Notes: a model not told the origin generated them from the letters alone. Shown: positions 38,138-51,432, counted from the first letter of the stretch. The stretch: DNA of 64,000 nucleotides from Anthoceros angustus (GCA_010909165.1 VJWM01000044.1:1364001-1428000); one strand, 5' to 3'. Program-made: numbers and translations.

Positions 38138-39587
38138 TGTCACCCGATTCGAAACATGGCCAAATGTGGCCTTGCCTGTTATTGAAATGTCATTCTGGAA
38201 CATTTAAGGAACTGGGTTATCCCACATTTTATTGTAGGGTCTTGCACGCCTCTCTGAGAGCATCACCGTGTTGCATAGAAGTGGATGGAAGAGCCGTGAA
38301 ACTAGACTCGGATGCAGACTCCTCATGACCAGCAAGCGAATGACTAAAAATGATCAAGCGATGACTAAAAATGCGAATTCACGCATGGCCAAGCGATGAC
38401 CAAGCGATAACTAAAAATGCGTGAATGGCAAGGAGCAGCCTGGTAATGAGTGTTAACAGCATTTAGCCACTAGAACACATATAGAGAGGGCACGACAGCA
38501 ATCAATAGTGCACAATTAGCCCACAAGTTCAGCAATAATGGACGGGCCAATGAGCTGAAGCACAATGAACAACGAAATTGTGTACTTGGAGCTATGCTTC
38601 TGTACGAGAAAACTGTTCCATTTCTCTTTGATCTCCTTCTTACACACAATAGCACAAATTCCAAGGTGTGCCCTAAGGTGACTCACAGCGCTGTGAGTCA
38701 AGGTGACTCTTTAGCAAGGCTAGCCCCTCAACCCTCATCTCTTGTCTTATTAGCACCGGGGTGCACTTCCCAATGCAGGTTGTTAACACTAATTAGCCAA
38801 AAACTATTCTAAGCATAATGTTATGATTTCACCTAACAGGTGCGTACTTTACGTACGTGTTTTTAAAGAACAATTACCAAGTTGATAATTGTATTGGGCA
38901 CAATTTTTCTTTTTGAATTGTCGGCGTGTGGTGTGGTGTGCTATTGTTGGTGCACTGTTCTCATAATAGTGGCCGGCTCTACTATGGGGATATCTCTGTG
39001 TTGTCTGCTGCTCGACGAGTTAGACGTAAAATCATGGCCTCGTTTGGGGCCTCGATGCGGCCACTAGGTTTTTTTGCGGAATGGTGTAGGTAAAAAGAAG
39101 AGAGAGCAAATTACAAAATTAACATTATATTGAAAAATATTTCATTAAAGTAGGGTAGAATTGTAGACAATTGGATGAAAATATTTCACCACAGAGTCAA
39201 AATTAGAACATACGGGTAGAAACTGAATAACCAAATGAATGAGATAAAATCTAACACACCATGGGAGTTACAATATACCAAAGTAAACAAGAATTCGCTA
39301 GTAAATCCCACCACAATCGCTAATCTTGCAATAAAATATCTGTTAAGTACTATTCATGCGGATCCAGGATATACAAAAAAACCAACAAAGAAATACATTC
39401 TTTGCAGAGTTTCCTGTATATCCAGAACTGCATGAAATTGAAATAACAGAACATGAAAATTACCAGAAAGTTGATCCACGTCATTAAGAAATGCAGACCT
39501 ACACATACATAGCACAAAGTCAGGCTTATAGTAGGAAATAAAGAACGTATTGGGTAGAGGTGGAGAAAATTAGAGAAACAATTGACC

Positions 39588-41070
39588 TTATTTCGGAAAA
39601 TGAATTGTACAATTGTACATATTGAAGATGCAATTCCCGCTTACTGTGCTTGCTTTAAACGGAACAACTTGTCCAACTCTATCACAGTTGGCCAAAAGCT
39701 GATGAAGCTGAGGGCATTGCAGAAATTCTTCATCTTCCTGAAAAGTAACAACCTACAAACAGACAAACTTATCAGGTGCAACCCAAAATAAGCAACTCGA
39801 AGAAAAGCTTAGAAACAAGATTAAAATCACTTACCGATACAGAAGATTTTTGAGGGGTGGAGGTCGAAACCCCTTGTGTCACAAACGCTCCATCGATTTT
39901 TTGCTTTTGTTGATTTTCTCACTGCATTCTTTGCAATTCTTGTTGCTCCTTTTGCTGTTGCATGAGTCTTTCTTGATGCTTGAAGTGCTCTTGCCTCCGT
40001 TCTAAGGTTTTTCGCTTTTGGATTTCCAGGGCTTTATCCCTTTGCTTAGAGACTCGAATCTCTACAACTTTCCTTTTGCGGCGCTCAATTAATAATTTTA
40101 CTTCGTTTTGCTTTTGACACTCTCTCTCATGCTTGTCTTTTTCATGCTCCAGCTCTCGTTGGTTGCAAATCTCAACTAGACGCTCCTAAAATGTGCTAGA
40201 GTGACCATTTCCAATACCAATCTGAGAGACATCCTGTGTTGCCACATTCCTGAGCTGGTGAACTTCAGTTACTCAATTGCATGGACCTCGCAGGACTCTG
40301 AAGTTCAGCCAGCATTGATGATGTTGAATTGTGGAACAAAAAGGCTACTCTCATAAACACTGCCATCTGAAGTAGTTGAGTGCAAATTCTGCCATCAAAA
40401 ACAAGATTAGGCCAACTTGAAAAATGAGAGCATGCCAAATCAAATGAAGACACCAAAACACATTATCTTTTCAAGACGTTGAGGTGGTATGTAAATTGAT
40501 ATTGATAGTCCGTTGTTTTCAGTATTAACATCTATAGCCACCGAGTTTACCTGCTAGCAAGAAAAACTGCTTCAATTTAGCTTGAAGACTAGCACAAAAG
40601 AAATGACAACACAAATTACAGGAAAACTTGCTTTCTTGACACACTTATTTTCAGTATGGCCACCACCATATGACAATTTTGTGATGGCGGATGTTGGTTT
40701 CAAGTCTCAGAATCGCTGAACTTGATTCATGTGAAGTCAATGTTTTGAAGTTGTAACACAAAAGGCGTGTATGCACGTTTCCCTCTTTCCTTAGATTTTT
40801 CGTCGAAGTTGTCAGCCTGATCAGGCAGTGAATGCTGTTGATGCGAGTTCGCTCTGTCAGCGATTTATGCAACCGTTCCTATTTAAGGCATCTTAGCTGT
40901 GCAATCGCGGCCCAATGTTCAACGTGCACCTGTTTCTGACATCCGTCCTTGTTGCAGGCTATCTGGACAGGCTTAGAAACCTTAGACCTTCACAAGTTTG
41001 TGTCGCGGAACGGTCTGAAGGCGAGTTTCACAGTAAAATTAAAGTTTGGATCCTGCATCTATCGAGTGCG
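39588..41070 (-). pseudogene. Spliced pseudogene: Cys/His-containing N-terminal part, E/K/Q/R coiled-coil exon and short last exon
   Basis: Exon 40185-39835 (351 nt, phase 0-0, AG/GT flanked) has a single in-frame TGA at 39921-39919. The last exon 39737-39588 is intact. Upstream frames carry several stops. The 5' extent is uncertain. Confidence 0.45.
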
Positions 41071-42171
41071 GCATCAACAGCTCTTTGATCACCCATGTCT
41101 CTCATAATGGGTTCTCTTATTCAGGCCCTTCTTAGAGAATTTGGTCTCGCAGTGCTTGCGGGGCGTCCCTCGAAATATTGTAACTAGTCTTGGGCTTTGG
41201 ACACTGTGTCTAGGTACGGCAGTCTGCGAGATAGATCCCCGCATGCAGTATTCCGATTCATTCAATAATTGTGATCTGCTTCAGAATGCGTTCGGATAGT
41301 GACATCCACGAGAAAATGGTCGATATCGAAGAAGGTAAAATAGATTCAATGGCAAAGGTTGCAAAGGTGAAGAAATTGAACAGAAATGTTGAGACACATG
41401 GAAAAGGTCAAGGCATAGAACAAAATGGCCATGACGACTTTTGGAGCGTCTTCCGACTAGGTTCTAGGTTTTAGATTTTTTTAAGTTTAAAGTTTAAAAG
41501 ATGTAGGTAATTTTGGACACGTGTTTTGTGGGGGCGGGGGCGTAGCGGGGTGTGTTGTCGTCTATCCGCAACGACCGGCATAATCCGCAGCCGAGTGGAA
41601 GTGCAAGATCAGCTTGCCTCGGCAATGCAATGGCGTGTGAAGATTAAAAGGACTGCCTTGGCGAGGTGGAAGAAATTTTTGGCCATGTAGATACCGGACA
41701 ATTCCTCGATGCTGTGGACAGCTGTTGTGGTGCCGTGAAAGGACGATGAGAACTTCCTTGCAGAGCGACGACATCCACCAGATGGATACGAGATATACCT
41801 GATTCTTAGTATGTACATCCTTTTGCCTTGGCTTATGCCTTGTGGTTCACGATGGGGACTAGGTGATAGTTGAGATTGTAAAACGAAGTTTTGCGAAATT
41901 GGGTATAACAATGTAGTATCATTCATACCTTTTTGGTGAGCTCCACTTGCTTAACAGTTTGTGTGTTCAAGTGTTGGATGTATGCTGTTCGGTGCTGTAC
42001 CAAATTTTAGCCCATCGCACGGATTTGTCCGCCAAGAATAGATCACGAGGCTGCTGTTCTGGGGTACTTCGGAAACTCTCTGCCCGCTCGGCCGGGTTGC
42101 CGAGGCTCTCAGTAGCTTAAGAATCAAACTGGGTGCAAATTGGACCAGCTTGAAGTGCAAGTAGTTGAAAG

Positions 42172-45100
42172 ATGGAGAGCAGATTTCTCCAGGCACTTGA
42201 ACTGATTGTCCTTGCTCTGGCCGTCCTTGCTGCTACCTCTGATGCCGCCAGACAGGTCCCATCCGCAGGAATTGGTTCCAGGGAAGGACGCTCCAGCAAC
42301 GCCTCCGCCTCCCTCGCAGGTCTGGGTAAATGGACAGACGAGCAGTTGGCTGGCCTCAATCTCCCGCCATTCAGAACGATAAACCGAAGGTCTTTGCTGA
42401 GCTGCGACGATCCCAACCCCTACCTTGCCATAAGCTTGGACACGGGAGGCCCGCTCAACGATGTGCAGGAGGTCTCTGTCACGGTGTCAGGAATTCTTGA
42501 CCCAAGCGACGGGGATTGGATTGCGATGATGTCGCCCTCAGATTCGGAGTGAGTTCGAATTCCAAACCTCTGCCAGTTAGGAGGAGCCTCAGAGAGTGTC
42601 AGTCTGGAGTTGGTGGGATGCATGCAATTTGCAATTTCCATTCCTGACTCGGGGATCCCGACCAGCACTGGCCTCTGTCCGCAGAACAAGGCACTGTATG
42701 TTGAAACAGGCGACCTCAGCAGTCTGCCTCTCCTTTGCCACTATCCTGTCAAGGTACGAGGCCACCATGCTGTGATGCCGGTTATGGTTCAAGTTCTTGG
42801 CTCACAGTTGATGCATGTTCTTGGCTCACAGTTGAAGCATTTATGGTCTCACAGTTTCTCTACGTGAGTGCCGATCCCGGCTATCTCAGTTGCGCAAACA
42901 GCCAATGCCAGAAGTCCATAGCCGGTGTCTGCGTAGTGAAGACATGCAGTGGCACGGTCAAATTCAGGCTGATCAACATCCGCAGCGACGTTGTGTTTGT
43001 CTTCTTCACTGGTGGAATGGATACTCCCTGCATTCTCACCCAGTCCGACACACTCTCGTTTGGCAACCCCGCGTCTCCACTGTATCCGCATCTCAGCAGC
43101 GTGGATTCCTCGGGGACTGCGGTAACCTGAGCTGTGCTGTCCTTGTTTCTGTCGCACTGGAGCAGGCGCTTCCGCCTGTGGTAGTGCTACACACACACGA
43201 AGTACAAGTTCATTTGAACAAATGTGCGGCTGCAGGTCAAGGTGACATGGGTGAGTGGCAACGGTGATGCTCAACAAGTTCAATGGAATCAACAGCAAGC
43301 GTCTTCCTCTGTGGATTCATTCCAAGCCAGCGACATGTGTGGTCAGCAAATTTTACACCATAATCTCCTCTGCAGTGGCTTCCATGCATGGTGGAGTCAT
43401 ACTACTGGTGCACTTGTGTAGATGCGGTGCCCAATCCGGCAACGGACTTCGGATGGCATGATCCTGGGTATATTCACAGTGCAGTCATGACAGGACTGAG
43501 CCCTTCGACCTCCTACAGCTACGTTTACGGCAGGTAACACTCTCTATAAGCAGCTGCTCTTACTGTTGAGGAGACCTGCGTCTCATCGATTCCTGAGCGA
43601 AGGTCGTTGATGCCACAGCGATGCAGCGGGATGGAGTCCAAGCATCAGCTTCCGAACCCCTCCTGCAGCTGGCAGTGGCAGTCTAAAGTTCATAATTTAT
43701 GGGGACATGGGCAAAACTGAGCAAGACAACGGTTTGGAGCATTACATCCAGGTGAGGGGGAGGAAGATTGTCCGAAGGGTAGGCAAGAGGATTTATTGCA
43801 TCAACGTTCAAAGCTAACAGTGCAGCTCGCTGAGGTGCACAGCCAGGAGCGCTGGGAGTGATAAACGCAGTCGCTCAGAAAGTGGCAAACAATCAGGTGG
43901 ATGTTGTTTTCCACATAGGGGACATCAGTTATGCTACTGGATTTCTTGTGGAGTGGGATTCTTTTCTGGAAATGATCACCCCCGTGGCGTCTCATGTCTC
44001 TTACATGACCGGCATAGGCAACCACGAACGGTAAAGGCGTGTGCAGCTTGGTAGGATCATATGACACCTGTCCCGGGACTAACTGAAAGTCATTGCCAAA
44101 TGTGACAGTGACTTTCCTGATTCGGGATCCTACTACGGGCTTCCAGATTCAGGAGGGGAATGTGGAGTTCCATACAACAAGTATTTCCCAATGCCTGTAC
44201 AGGAGGCGGACAAGCCTTGGTATTCGATTGAGTTTGGGCCAGTGCATTTCACCATCATGTCCACAGAGCACGAGTGGTCATCTGGATCTGAGCAGGTAGG
44301 TTGCAACTTAACATCAACTCTGCTGCAGACTACAAACGATGGGCGCTAATAACACACCTTGTCTTTTATCTGTCACAGTACATCTGGATTCAGTCGGACC
44401 TCCATTCTGTTGATCGGACTCGCACACCATGGGTGATCTTTACTGGGTAAGAGCCGCGACAGCGATTTTTGTTTGCCCATTTTCATTTCTACCTGCTCAT
44501 CAATGCTGTCTGTAGACATCGGCCGATGTACTCTTCAGTGAAGCCCGGTTTGGCTTCAGCCCTGGCGCCTAGCGTTGACCCCGACTTTGTGGCAGCAGTC
44601 GAGCCCCTCCTTCATGATGCACAAGTAACACAAGCGATAATCTAGCCCTGTTCTTGGTCGGCTTGTGCAGCTCCTGATGTCAAAAATTGGGCAACTGCAG
44701 GTAGACGTGGTTTTCTGGGGCCACGTTCACAACTTTGAGAGGACATGTTCCGTGTTCCAAGGGAACTGTGCTGGAGGGGATGAAACTGCTCCAATCCACG
44801 TTGTGGTCGGCATGGCAGGATTTCAGTTGGATGACTTTGAGGATGACGTGAGTACCTATATTTCAGCAACTAGGTCGATGATGGGTATTGTAGGAGGCGT
44901 GCTGAACTAACTAGGTCGTCAATTGTGTTGTCATTGCTCCTTCTTTGGTCCGGTCAGACCCCCAGTTGGAGCGTCTTCAGGACTTCCCAATATGGATATG
45001 CTGAGATCTTGGTCGATTCAGTGACAGGTGGTTCACAGCTGACCTTCAACGTAAGTGCCTCTCACCTCTCCCATGGGGTTAGAAAGTGTTGCATGGCAGC

Positions 45101-45191
45101 TTTACCTTATCACCATATCGTATTCTCGCAGTTTGTGACGTCGTCGGACGGGAAGGTGGCAGACTCGTTTGTGCTGAACAAAAACCTGTAG
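42172..45191 (+). CDS. Secreted purple acid phosphatase (nucleotide pyrophosphatase/phosphodiesterase-type), multi-exon
   Basis: Signal peptide followed by all five metal-ligand motifs: GDMG, GDISY, GNHE, FTGHR and GHVH. Ends DSFVLNKNL*. Confidence 0.92.
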
Positions 45192-45385
45192 CCTATGTGG
45201 CTGCTTCCATTATCACGTTATCTATTAGTATCAAGACTTTAGGACTCTTCCATGGCTTCGATAAACAGTAACTCCGGCCTATGATCGTATCCGTTTTCAG
45301 CTCTGATAACTGGAGTCACCAAGGCAGATAGAACCAACCGCTTTATTTCCTGCTATAAAAAAATGTTGTAATTTTACAGAAACCA

Positions 45386-48300
45386 TTAAGACCATATATC
45401 CCTCACATAGCGGCCTTGCTTTGTCATCTCGTTGAGATGTGCAATTGCCATACTTTCCTTGAGACCACCATGCACCTGAAGAACCTGAAGAAGAGTTAAG
45501 TGAACATCCTTTGCCATGCTGGCTCCATCCCTGCAAGCCACACGAGATCATATTACGTTGTTACGAAAACTTCTGTAATCACCACTCAAACATAGATCGA
45601 TAAGACGTTTCTGCCGACACCGCAACATACCCACAGATGTAGACGTGGCTGCGAGTGTTGAGTAGTACAGAGCACAGCGCCTGCCCATGCTCTTTCATCT
45701 TGTCCTGAACATACACCTGGGCAGCACGTGCACAAAATACGTCACAAAGGGAGCAGTCAGCAATATCACTCGATGCCTCAAGTTTCTACGGGCACCATCT
45801 TACCTTCTTCTCTGATGCTCGAGAAAATGCCACTTCGAAATAAGAAAGTGTCCCGTCCTTGGCAAACTGCTCAAAGTCACTCTGGTATAGATAGTCTTCA
45901 TCTGCCCTTCGACATCCAAAAAACAACCAAGAGTCGCCCACACCCGACTCTGGAGATACTTGCATTGCCTTGCGGCGCTCCTGAAGAAATCCTCGAAAAG
46001 GAGCCACACCAGTGCCTGGCCCAATCATAATGATGGGTGTGCTTAAATCAGCAGGATGGTGAAATGCTCCACCACTCTTGAGGAAAATAGGTATCTGCAG
46101 ATCAGCAACATCTCCTCTTGTTTCCAGCTCCAACACCTTTTCCAACCAGTTAGTGCAAACTCCCTTGAAGACTCTACCTTCTTTACTTTCGAGCTTCACA
46201 ACACTAAATGCTATGTCAATGCTATCAGGGCTCTCCGCAGGTGAGCTGGAAACAGAATAATATCTAGAAACAAGAGGAGGTAGACTGTCAAACAGATGCT
46301 CAAGAGGTGGGCTACATGAAGGGAACTCGCCCAATAGATCAACAACATTTGGCCGACCTTCCAGGATATCTTTGGCATAAAGCTCCCTTCCACTACGTGA
46401 GCACAGCAGAAGCAGCCTGGCCTTCTCTTCCGCATCTGATGTGTACTCAGCTAACATTCGGAGAAAACCTTTTGTAGGAACGCCTGTCAAACTACAGTAC
46501 CTCAGAAGAGCTGTTCTCACTGTGCAAGGACATTTGATGTGAGTACAGACTGCTCCAGCGCCATCCTCTATTCCTTGTAGTCTAAACAACTTACTTCCAT
46601 CAGTCCTTAACCTGACTAAAAGCTTATCCACCAGTTCCTCACTGTTCAAAGGAATCACCCCAATTGAGTCTCCAGGATGATATCTTATGCCACTTCCCTT
46701 GATGTTGACGGTCATGTGAATTACCTTTCGGTCAGACCATTTTGGTGTCATGTACTTGGCTGAGCATACTGAGGCCCAAAATGGAGATGCCGAAGTAAAG
46801 TCCTGTTGATCTCCATTAATACCGTTCTCCACTCTCCCCAAGTCAGCCAGCTCACTCTCTTCCCAGACAATACGTGCACGGCATGGCTGCAAAGCAGGTA
46901 CACCAACTAGCTTGATCTCCTCAGTTGGGGGAGCAACGGTAACAGATGCCTCAACCTCCGGGGCACTGCCTCCTTGCAAAGCTGCAGTCTGCATGGCTGC
47001 TTTTAAAGGGCCCCACAGACCGGCTGTCCACTTATCCACAATATCCTCAAGCCTGTAAAAAATCACTGCAGACATTCAATAAGGTTGATGTAACATCATT
47101 CCAGGCAACTTCTACACAAAAAAAAAAAAAGCAGAAGTACATTAGAGAAGCTACGTAATTTACCCTTCAACTTCATCAGCCTCACAACTTTTATAAAAAC
47201 AATGAGCGCCAAGCTCAGAGAAGCGAGTATTGAATGTTTTTGGCACTCCCATGAACTTGGTGTAATTCGAGTCCCCAAGTCCTGCAGAAACAGCAGTTAG
47301 AGAGAGACATGGCAACTGTTTGGCATGTGCACACAAAAGACTTGGGGTCTCCAAATTTCCATGGTAAGTTTGGCAGCTCTACAGCTCTGGGAATGGTATA
47401 ACGCAGACCGGGATAAAGGTGAATCCTTACCACAGACAGAATACCAGACGTTCCTCAGATAGTTAGGCTCTGAAGCCTTCCTTATGTTTTGATAAAATCT
47501 GTCACAGTTTTCTGGAGGATCTCCATCTCCAGTGCTAGACACTACAAGGACAACGACCTGAATAGTTGGAGAGCGAGCCAGTTTTGCCTAAAAATAAATA
47601 TAAAGGGGAGACTGTTAAGGGGCGTACACCATCCAAATTGCTTGAATTCTGACCATGATCTTCACAAGAGCACACAAGGCTTGGAGCTCACTGCAAAAGA
47701 ATTGGAACTTGGCTTACCAGCGGAAAGTCGTTCATTGCGAAAACACGCGACTTAATCCCTCTACCAGGAGCTTCAGCAGCAATCCCTTTGGCAATCTCCA
47801 TAGAATTGCCAGTTTGTGAACCATATAAGACCAACAAATCCGACTGCCCTGTCACACCTGCAAGTAACTTTACACCATGCCTTTGGTGCACAGAGGGCGC
47901 TCATGAAAAGTGCAGGCGAACGAGAACTGAGAGATCTAGCAGCTTAGCTTCAGATCTGCATGATGAGCTGGATTTCCAGAGCAATGATAACGAACCTGCT
48001 GGAGACGCTCTTGCAGTTCTTGCTTTTAAAGCTGCAGCCATAGCTCTGGCGCCAGGAGAAGCGGACACGCTGTCTTTCAGCTTGGACAGATCGGGCCCCT
48101 TAGATTTATCCTCAAAATCGCTTGCTGAAATTGATTGCTGATCAGAAGATGCTGTAGCTGGTTCCTGGGAGCCTCCAAGCTTGACCCCCGGAGTCTCGCC
48201 TGATCCAGGTGTGTTGTCTGCCAAACTTTCTTCCTGAACACCTTTCTGGACAATGGATTCAATGGGTAGGATCCCTCCCTGCACATCCCCACTTCCAGTG

Positions 48301-48665
48301 GAGGAGCCATTTTCTGCATCCCCATTGCTTCCAACATTTGCAGTCAAAACTCCTGTTGCAGCGGCAGTTCTGGTCCTGTCAGCCACCCGTTCCTCTACCA
48401 GGACAGCCCCCTGTATTGCTGATGCGGGCGGTCCCGCCTTGGGCACACCTGCCTCACGATCCACGGCTCTGCTCTGCCCCAAGTCTCCATCAGCGCCTTC
48501 CCTCAAAACTGCCTCGGGTTTGGGTGCGTAAACCAAGACCGCAACGAGACCCAGGACAACGGAGATCGACACGGGAGAAAAGAACAGCGCAGGGAAGAAG
48601 AACGAAAAGACAAGAAAGGTAACAGACAGCAGAACCAGAAAAACATGATTTCGCATCAGCCCCAT
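45386..48665 (-). CDS. MTRR: Methionine synthase reductase-like diflavin (FMN/FAD/NADPH) oxidoreductase, with a probable hydrophobic N-terminal extension exon (48665-47996)
   Basis: FMN motifs LYGSQTGNS, SSTGDGDPP and LGDSNY; ADEVEGLEDIVDKWTAGLW; RYYSVSSS; GVCTNWL; MIGPGTGVAPFRGF; FFGCR; HVYICG; C-terminus RYVRDIWS*. The diagnostic segments resemble MTRR more than CPR or ATR3. The join to the extension exon is inferred. Confidence 0.8.
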
Positions 48666-49061
48666 GGCAGCAGAAACTGTCCTAACTCAGTCAAGCCAGG
48701 CGCTGGAGCTGCCAACATCCGGAGAGAATACCCCCATTCCTTTCCAAAGGAAACCCAATCTACAATTCTGGAAAGGCAACAAGAGCTGTGGTCCGAAGGA
48801 CTACGAAAGTCCGAAAATCGGGTCTCTATGAGGTCGCAGTTCGACCAAGAGAAAGGTTTGCACACGAGATACAAAATCATGCAACACAACAGACCTTGAA
48901 CGCTAATCAGAGCCAGAGATTTTTGAACGAATTGCGACTGTTTACTTCAATAAACTTCGCACAAAAGCGAGAACAGCTGAACGAGATCCAATTACATTTG
49001 TAGCAACAAGTACACATTTGATTTACGAATGTGATGTATGTTGAGTGTGATTAAAAACTAT

Positions 49062-49550
49062 CTATGGTATCATCACAAATTCAGAAGTAATATTATCAAA
49101 ATAAGGATTTAATGGTGATGTATCATATCGGATATAACAATCATGCAATCCTATCGTCGTACCACGAGCACTTTTACATATCTCGAAAGCAAGAGTGTAG
49201 GCATTTTGAAGACAATATTCACATTCGGGCATTTGAATTATGCGGGAACAGCCACCATCTGCATATATTGTACGGTAATCATGTGGAACACGATAATTAG
49301 GACTCACATTGGTTGGTGCTTCAATAGGAGCAACCGTTGAGGTACTGTATGTGTAACCATGTGAAGCAGCCATTCTTACCACCTCTTGCAATGCCACTTC
49401 TGTAGCTTGTATTACTAAAATATCCCCATCCAGTTTATCGGGACTACATCTTTCTAACGTGAGAGCTATGTTCACAGATTCTGCATAAGAAAAAAGAAAG
49501 GAATTCCATAAAATCATTAGCCCACCCAACCAAACTTTCATGTGTACCAT
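49062..49550 (-). CDS. Secreted single-domain Gnk2/DUF26 cysteine-rich protein
   Basis: Signal peptide, C-X8-C-X2-C (CSRIIQMPECEYC) and CYIRYD. Intronless, 162 aa. Confidence 0.8.
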   Translation of the reverse strand: MVHMKVWLGGLMILWNSFLFSYAESVNIALTLERCSPDKLDGDILVIQATEVALQEVVRMAASHGYTYSTSTVAPIEAPTNVSPNYRVPHDYRTIYADGGCSRIIQMPECEYCLQNAYTLAFEICKSARGTTIGLHDCYIRYDTSPLNPYFDNITSEFVMIP

Positions 49551-50985
49551 ATCTGGTCGTATGAATTAGAACAGCCAAAGCATTGAAGGCTTTTAATTTC
49601 CAACTAACAATAAAACTTATGCACACTCAAGGCATTTCAGCTATCATGTAATAAGCTAATTACAAATGTGCTTTCTTAGGGTGATTAAGAAACGGACGAC
49701 GAGCAGATCTAAGAATCAAACTTCCATGAAGAACAAGAGAATGACATTCATCAAATTGAGCTGTTGTTAATTCTTTGCTTATGAATCGTATTATAGTGCA
49801 AGAGATTAATACATCTCAATTATTCTTTGATCCATCCAAAATTATGCTTGCATGAAGCATATCCAAAAAATATACAATGGATATGACGAATTTATCGCTA
49901 TAAGGTGATAATTTTGTTAGAGTTATAGCAATTCTATAATGTTAGAAGGTTTATGCTGATGAAATATTCACAACAAGATTCTAGTTCATCAACATAAGCG
50001 TATCCAGTTGACCAGCATATATTTGCCAATATCTTTTACATATATTATTATTATAAATACTATTTATCTCTTTTAATTATGTATATATATTATAAAAATA
50101 AAAAAATATGAATAAATATCAACAGCTTTTTTGGTCAACTATAATCATCAAGCTTTATGGCAGTATCTAACAATAATGCATGTTATATGAGTATGGTTCT
50201 TTCTCACTGGTAAAATACAATTCTGCTTCCTCTTCTAGTACTTGTTAACATTATGTCATGAGGCGCTTTAGTATATATGTAGGTATATGATGAACCTATC
50301 TACCATTAGGGGAGATCCCGAGGTGATATCTATTTAAATAGAAACAACACTTTCTGATTGCTTATTTCATTTATAGAATTTAATTCTTACAAAATTAATA
50401 AGAATTTTTAGTCACGGAAAAAGAAGTATATCCATCAATAAGCTGATCCTATATTTCAACTTAATCACAAAACTAAGATCAAAGTATTGAAAAAAATATC
50501 AAGATGGAACATATAAAATCATTTCTTATATTTTAAGAATAGAGATACTTTTGGTTACTTTAGTTTTGTACGACATCATTGATACTCATAGATATGTTGT
50601 CTTGGATTGTTTGAAAATTCTAAATATCCAAGTCAACAACTAGACAAGCAAGTGTAACACAAGTGGATGGGTTACTTTTGGGATAAGGATCTAGCTAGAT
50701 TACTTTTGGGATAGTATCAACGTTCCTCATGCTCATCTTAAGGAGCGCACAGGAGTTGGCATGTCTCCACCTGCCCTCCTTGAAGTTGTCAATATAATAT
50801 ATAAAACTTTAAAATCTGTATAAATTTAAGACAATCAAAGCTTTGAGACAAACTTTGAGACGTACTATTTCAGGAATGTAGGTACCTAGTAGGTTAGTGG
50901 GTTTATTGTGCGATCCGGCATGAATAAGCTGTTATCTAAGTGCCCTAAGTTTATAATAGATTTAAGCGCTGTCTGTACGTGGTGA

Positions 50986-51432
50986 TCAAGGGCCAAGCCC
51001 TGTGAGGCAGTTGCCGAACATGGTGGCGTCGAGGCGGAGACAGCAGTCAGTCCCGGCGGAAGCTCGCCCCCATCGGGCGCTGCTGCAATGTGACGTGAGC
51101 TCGTTAGACACACGGTTCAGACAGGACGTGCAACCTGTTCGGCTCAAGGTGTCACTGCAGGCGCCCCGTGCATAAGCTATCGGGCCGGTGTCGATGTAGA
51201 CGGAAAGCCCATAGTCGTAGCCCTGATAGGCCGTCTGCGCAACCACTTCGTCCACCGCCACGCCGGTGGTGAAATCGAACAATGAGCCTGACTGGTCGGT
51301 TGCTTCCTTGCACTTCACAGTCACATCTGTTCCAGCGACAGCAGGAAGAGCCAGGCTCGCGAGAAAGACGAGGAAAGTGAATTCCGCAAGCTTTGCTGCG
51401 CTTTTAGTTGAGGAAGTAGCACTAGCCATCAT
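50986..51432 (-). CDS. Secreted single-domain Gnk2/DUF26 cysteine-rich protein
   Basis: Signal peptide, YARGACSDTLSRTGCTSC (C-X8-C-X2-C) and CCLRLD. Intronless, 148 aa. Confidence 0.85.
   Translation of the reverse strand: MMASATSSTKSAAKLAEFTFLVFLASLALPAVAGTDVTVKCKEATDQSGSLFDFTTGVAVDEVVAQTAYQGYDYGLSVYIDTGPIAYARGACSDTLSRTGCTSCLNRVSNELTSHCSSARWGRASAGTDCCLRLDATMFGNCLTGLGP

Noticed and set aside
39919-39921. Premature TGA repaired by hornwort-type U-to-C RNA editing
   Set aside because: That editing is organellar, and this locus has spliceosomal introns and is nuclear.
45386-47857. Cytochrome P450 reductase or ATR3/NDOR1 assignment
   Set aside because: The flavodoxin end, the connecting-domain motifs and the DIWS terminus fit MTRR better by eye. 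Phylogeny is still needed.
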